Origin: an uncultured bacterium
GTDB taxonomy: Bacteria; Zixibacteria; MSB-5A5; JAABVY01; JAHJOQ01
NCBI GenBank assembly: GCA_965369655.1
Contig: CBDUQR010000046.1
Location: 1 to 20,403, forward strand
Reading direction: 5' to 3'
DNA: 20,403 nt
Shown one piece after another: positions 18,549-20,403 of the stretch (the first letter of the stretch is position 1; each line of letters opens with the position of its first letter). The notes below the pieces were generated by a model. It was given only the letters and a program-made list of their open reading frames with translations. It was not told the DNA's origin and made no database searches. The position numbers and the translations under genes are program-made.

Positions 18549-19004
18549 ATGTCCAACAAACTATTAGCGATCCTCTGGATTGCATTGATACTGGCGGTCG
18601 TGTCGTTTGGATGCAAAGGCGATGACTTTTGCTGCCTGCATTATGATCTCCAGACTCCTGAGCAGGAATACTGCTACGCGCACAGCCGTGCTGCCGGGCA
18701 TTTTCTACTTGATGCAAAGGATACTTCCGAGGACAGCCTGTTGCTCGCTCTATCCCGGCTCAGGCAATTGATCGCCGATGTGGCAACTTGCGAGTCGGTC
18801 CACTGCATCGAGGAATTCATCAAGACCGATCCCGAATTTGCGAGGCTCTGGTCACGGTATCGCGATGAGCATTACGCAATCGAATCGAAACTTGTTCGCC
18901 ATAGTCTCAGTGAGATCGAGAAATGTCGTCTCATCTGTTGTGGATTCATCGATGCCTACCAGCGAATCAGGCAAATCATCGAGAATGACGGGGTGATGAT
19001 GTGA
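18549..19004 (+). CDS. Cys-rich exported protein, probable lipoprotein, unknown function
   Basis: 151 aa. MSNKLLAILWIALILAVVSFG-C is a signal with an imperfect lipobox, and the protein has 9 Cys. An alternative start exists at ATG 18507 with GGAGG. Confidence 0.6.
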   Translation: MSNKLLAILWIALILAVVSFGCKGDDFCCLHYDLQTPEQEYCYAHSRAAGHFLLDAKDTSEDSLLLALSRLRQLIADVATCESVHCIEEFIKTDPEFARLWSRYRDEHYAIESKLVRHSLSEIEKCRLICCGFIDAYQRIRQIIENDGVMM

Positions 19005-20071
19005 GGGCATTAGTTCTCTCCGGCGGCGGATCGAAAGGTGCGTTTACGGCTGGTGTGGTAAGACACCTCCTGCGAGAGATGCAGTTCGATCTCGCTGTCG
19101 GGACATCGACCGGCGCGCTCGTCACAGGTCCGGCTCTTCTGAATGACGCCGATTACTGTGCGAACATCTATTCCAGCGTGCAGGACGAGGACATATTCCA
19201 GAACTCGCTGATAGGGGAGATTGCGACCGTTGTCGACAGATTCGTTGATTTCATCAGTGGACCAATCGATGCCAATTTGCAGCCGCTCCGCAGACTGCTC
19301 GATGACTACTACCTGCGAGATGGAAAACTCGATGATCTACTCGACAGCGGCAAGGAGATGGTTGTCAGCGCAGTAAATGTACGTACAGGATGTGTGCAAT
19401 TTATTTCGAGTCGGCAGATCGAGAACGATGAATTTGGTGATCGCAGGATCAGCCGCGAGACATTTATCAGCGCGATCGTGGCATCATGCAGTGAGCCGTT
19501 TTTTGTCAAGCCGGTGATGATATTCGAACATGAAAAGAATCACCCGAATCGTAATGATCTATTCTATGATGGCGGCGTGAAAGAATTCCTGCCGGTCGAA
19601 TATGCTGTAACATCGGGCGCAACCGAGATATGGGCTGTCTCCACTCACCCGTTGCAGCCAGTGACAACTTTGTGGGGTGACACAACAAGTCCTGATAATG
19701 TGTCGTTTCTCGATGCGCTGCGTTGGACAATCGGCGCGTTGCTCGATGAAGTCGCACGCGGGGATAGGTTTCGGGCGGATGTCTATTACAAATGGACAAA
19801 GATCAAAATGCTGATAGAAGATCGCGCGCCGGAATTGCTCAATGATGAGACAGTGAAGTGTTTCCTGTACGGGCAGACGCTTCCAGAGCTTCACCTGATA
19901 CATCCTACAGAACATCTTGCGACTTCACTCAAGTTCGAGCCTGCTGTGATGTGGGAATACGAATTGATTGGTGAACGCCGAGCGGAATACATGATCAGAA
20001 ATAGACTCACGAAAATGAACGATCAGACGCTGAGACCCTGGGGATTTCATACCACCGCCGAACCCGCATGA
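19001..20071 (+). CDS. Patatin-like phospholipase
   Basis: Oxyanion loop LSGGGSKG, nucleophile GTSTG, ASCSEPFF and catalytic DGG. The GTG start overlaps the upstream TGA (GTGA). Confidence 0.92.
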   Translation: MRALVLSGGGSKGAFTAGVVRHLLREMQFDLAVGTSTGALVTGPALLNDADYCANIYSSVQDEDIFQNSLIGEIATVVDRFVDFISGPIDANLQPLRRLLDDYYLRDGKLDDLLDSGKEMVVSAVNVRTGCVQFISSRQIENDEFGDRRISRETFISAIVASCSEPFFVKPVMIFEHEKNHPNRNDLFYDGGVKEFLPVEYAVTSGATEIWAVSTHPLQPVTTLWGDTTSPDNVSFLDALRWTIGALLDEVARGDRFRADVYYKWTKIKMLIEDRAPELLNDETVKCFLYGQTLPELHLIHPTEHLATSLKFEPAVMWEYELIGERRAEYMIRNRLTKMNDQTLRPWGFHTTAEPA

Positions 20072-20079
20072 TCATTCTT

Positions 20080-20195
20080 GTAGCTCACGCCCGCTCGCTA
20101 TGTCCTGAGTTTGACGAAGGAGGGCGTGAGAGTTTTCTGCAGATTAAACGCACTCGCTTGTCCTGAGACTTACAAAGGACTTTCGTAGGAATGAC
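20080..20195. repeat. GTAG-footed REP with nested module, plus a second degenerate module in a GGAATGAC-type half repeat
   Basis: GTAG-CTCACGCCC...GGGCGTGAG (20080-20130) encloses GTCCTGAGTTTGACGAAGG. GTCCTGAGACTTACAAAGG at 20160 is followed by TTTCGTAGGAATGAC. Confidence 0.65.
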
Positions 20196-20284
20196 GTGAT
20201 GTGTAACAACATGCGTGGATGCGGTCGAGTTTTGGTTGGCATATGGGTGATCGAAGTGTTATTATTTCGTTGGACATTGATTTG

Positions 20285-20314
20285 AACCCATCCGACGTTA
20301 CGCGGGTGGGCTAC
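20285..20314 (-). repeat. GTAG-footed REP-like hairpin
   Basis: Minus strand reads GTAG-CCCACCCG-CGTAACGT-CGGATGGG-TT, related to 2267-2290. Confidence 0.55.
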
Positions 20315-20403
20315 CAGCTATATGGTGAAGGTAGTAGCGATTATGTGGTTCAAGCTAGTACTAACTTGTGTTAATTGGCGACATTGGGATTTTCTTTGCG
20401 TAG

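Noticed and set aside
19001..20071. CBASS/CapV or other named defence system
   Set aside because: No CD-NTase, Cap2/Cap3 or other defence partner lies next to the patatin within the window.
18289..20314. CRISPR array formed by the short repeats
   Set aside because: The repeats are dispersed, variable and not regularly spaced, and there are no cas genes.

Overview
This is a bacterial chromosomal window of mostly housekeeping genes, possibly from an FCB-superphylum or Zixibacteria-like lineage. That placement is inferred from gene order, the type of rpoZ and a DUF4296-like lipoprotein, and is unverified. The core genes are tRNA-fMet, a YfiM-like gene, glmM-glmS, rnhB-yraN, a lipoprotein, rqcH (NFACT), and yicC-rpoZ-topA-xerC-hslV-hslU. 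Three parts look accessory. (i) An AT-richer TPR + CsgG-like gene lies beyond the 3' end of tRNA-fMet, possibly an island edge. (ii) An AT-rich ~1 kb insert after glmS carries a UDG-superfamily glycosylase-like gene and, upstream of it, a WYL/WCX regulator remnant missed by the ORF track; this is a candidate defence relic. (iii) A Cys-rich putative lipoprotein is translationally coupled to a patatin phospholipase. Many of the longer intergenic regions hold GTRG-footed REP-like hairpins. A shared ~20-bp module (GTCCTGAG-Nx-CGAAGG) sits nested in the loops of several unrelated hairpins. No CRISPR array, transposase or phage genes were seen.
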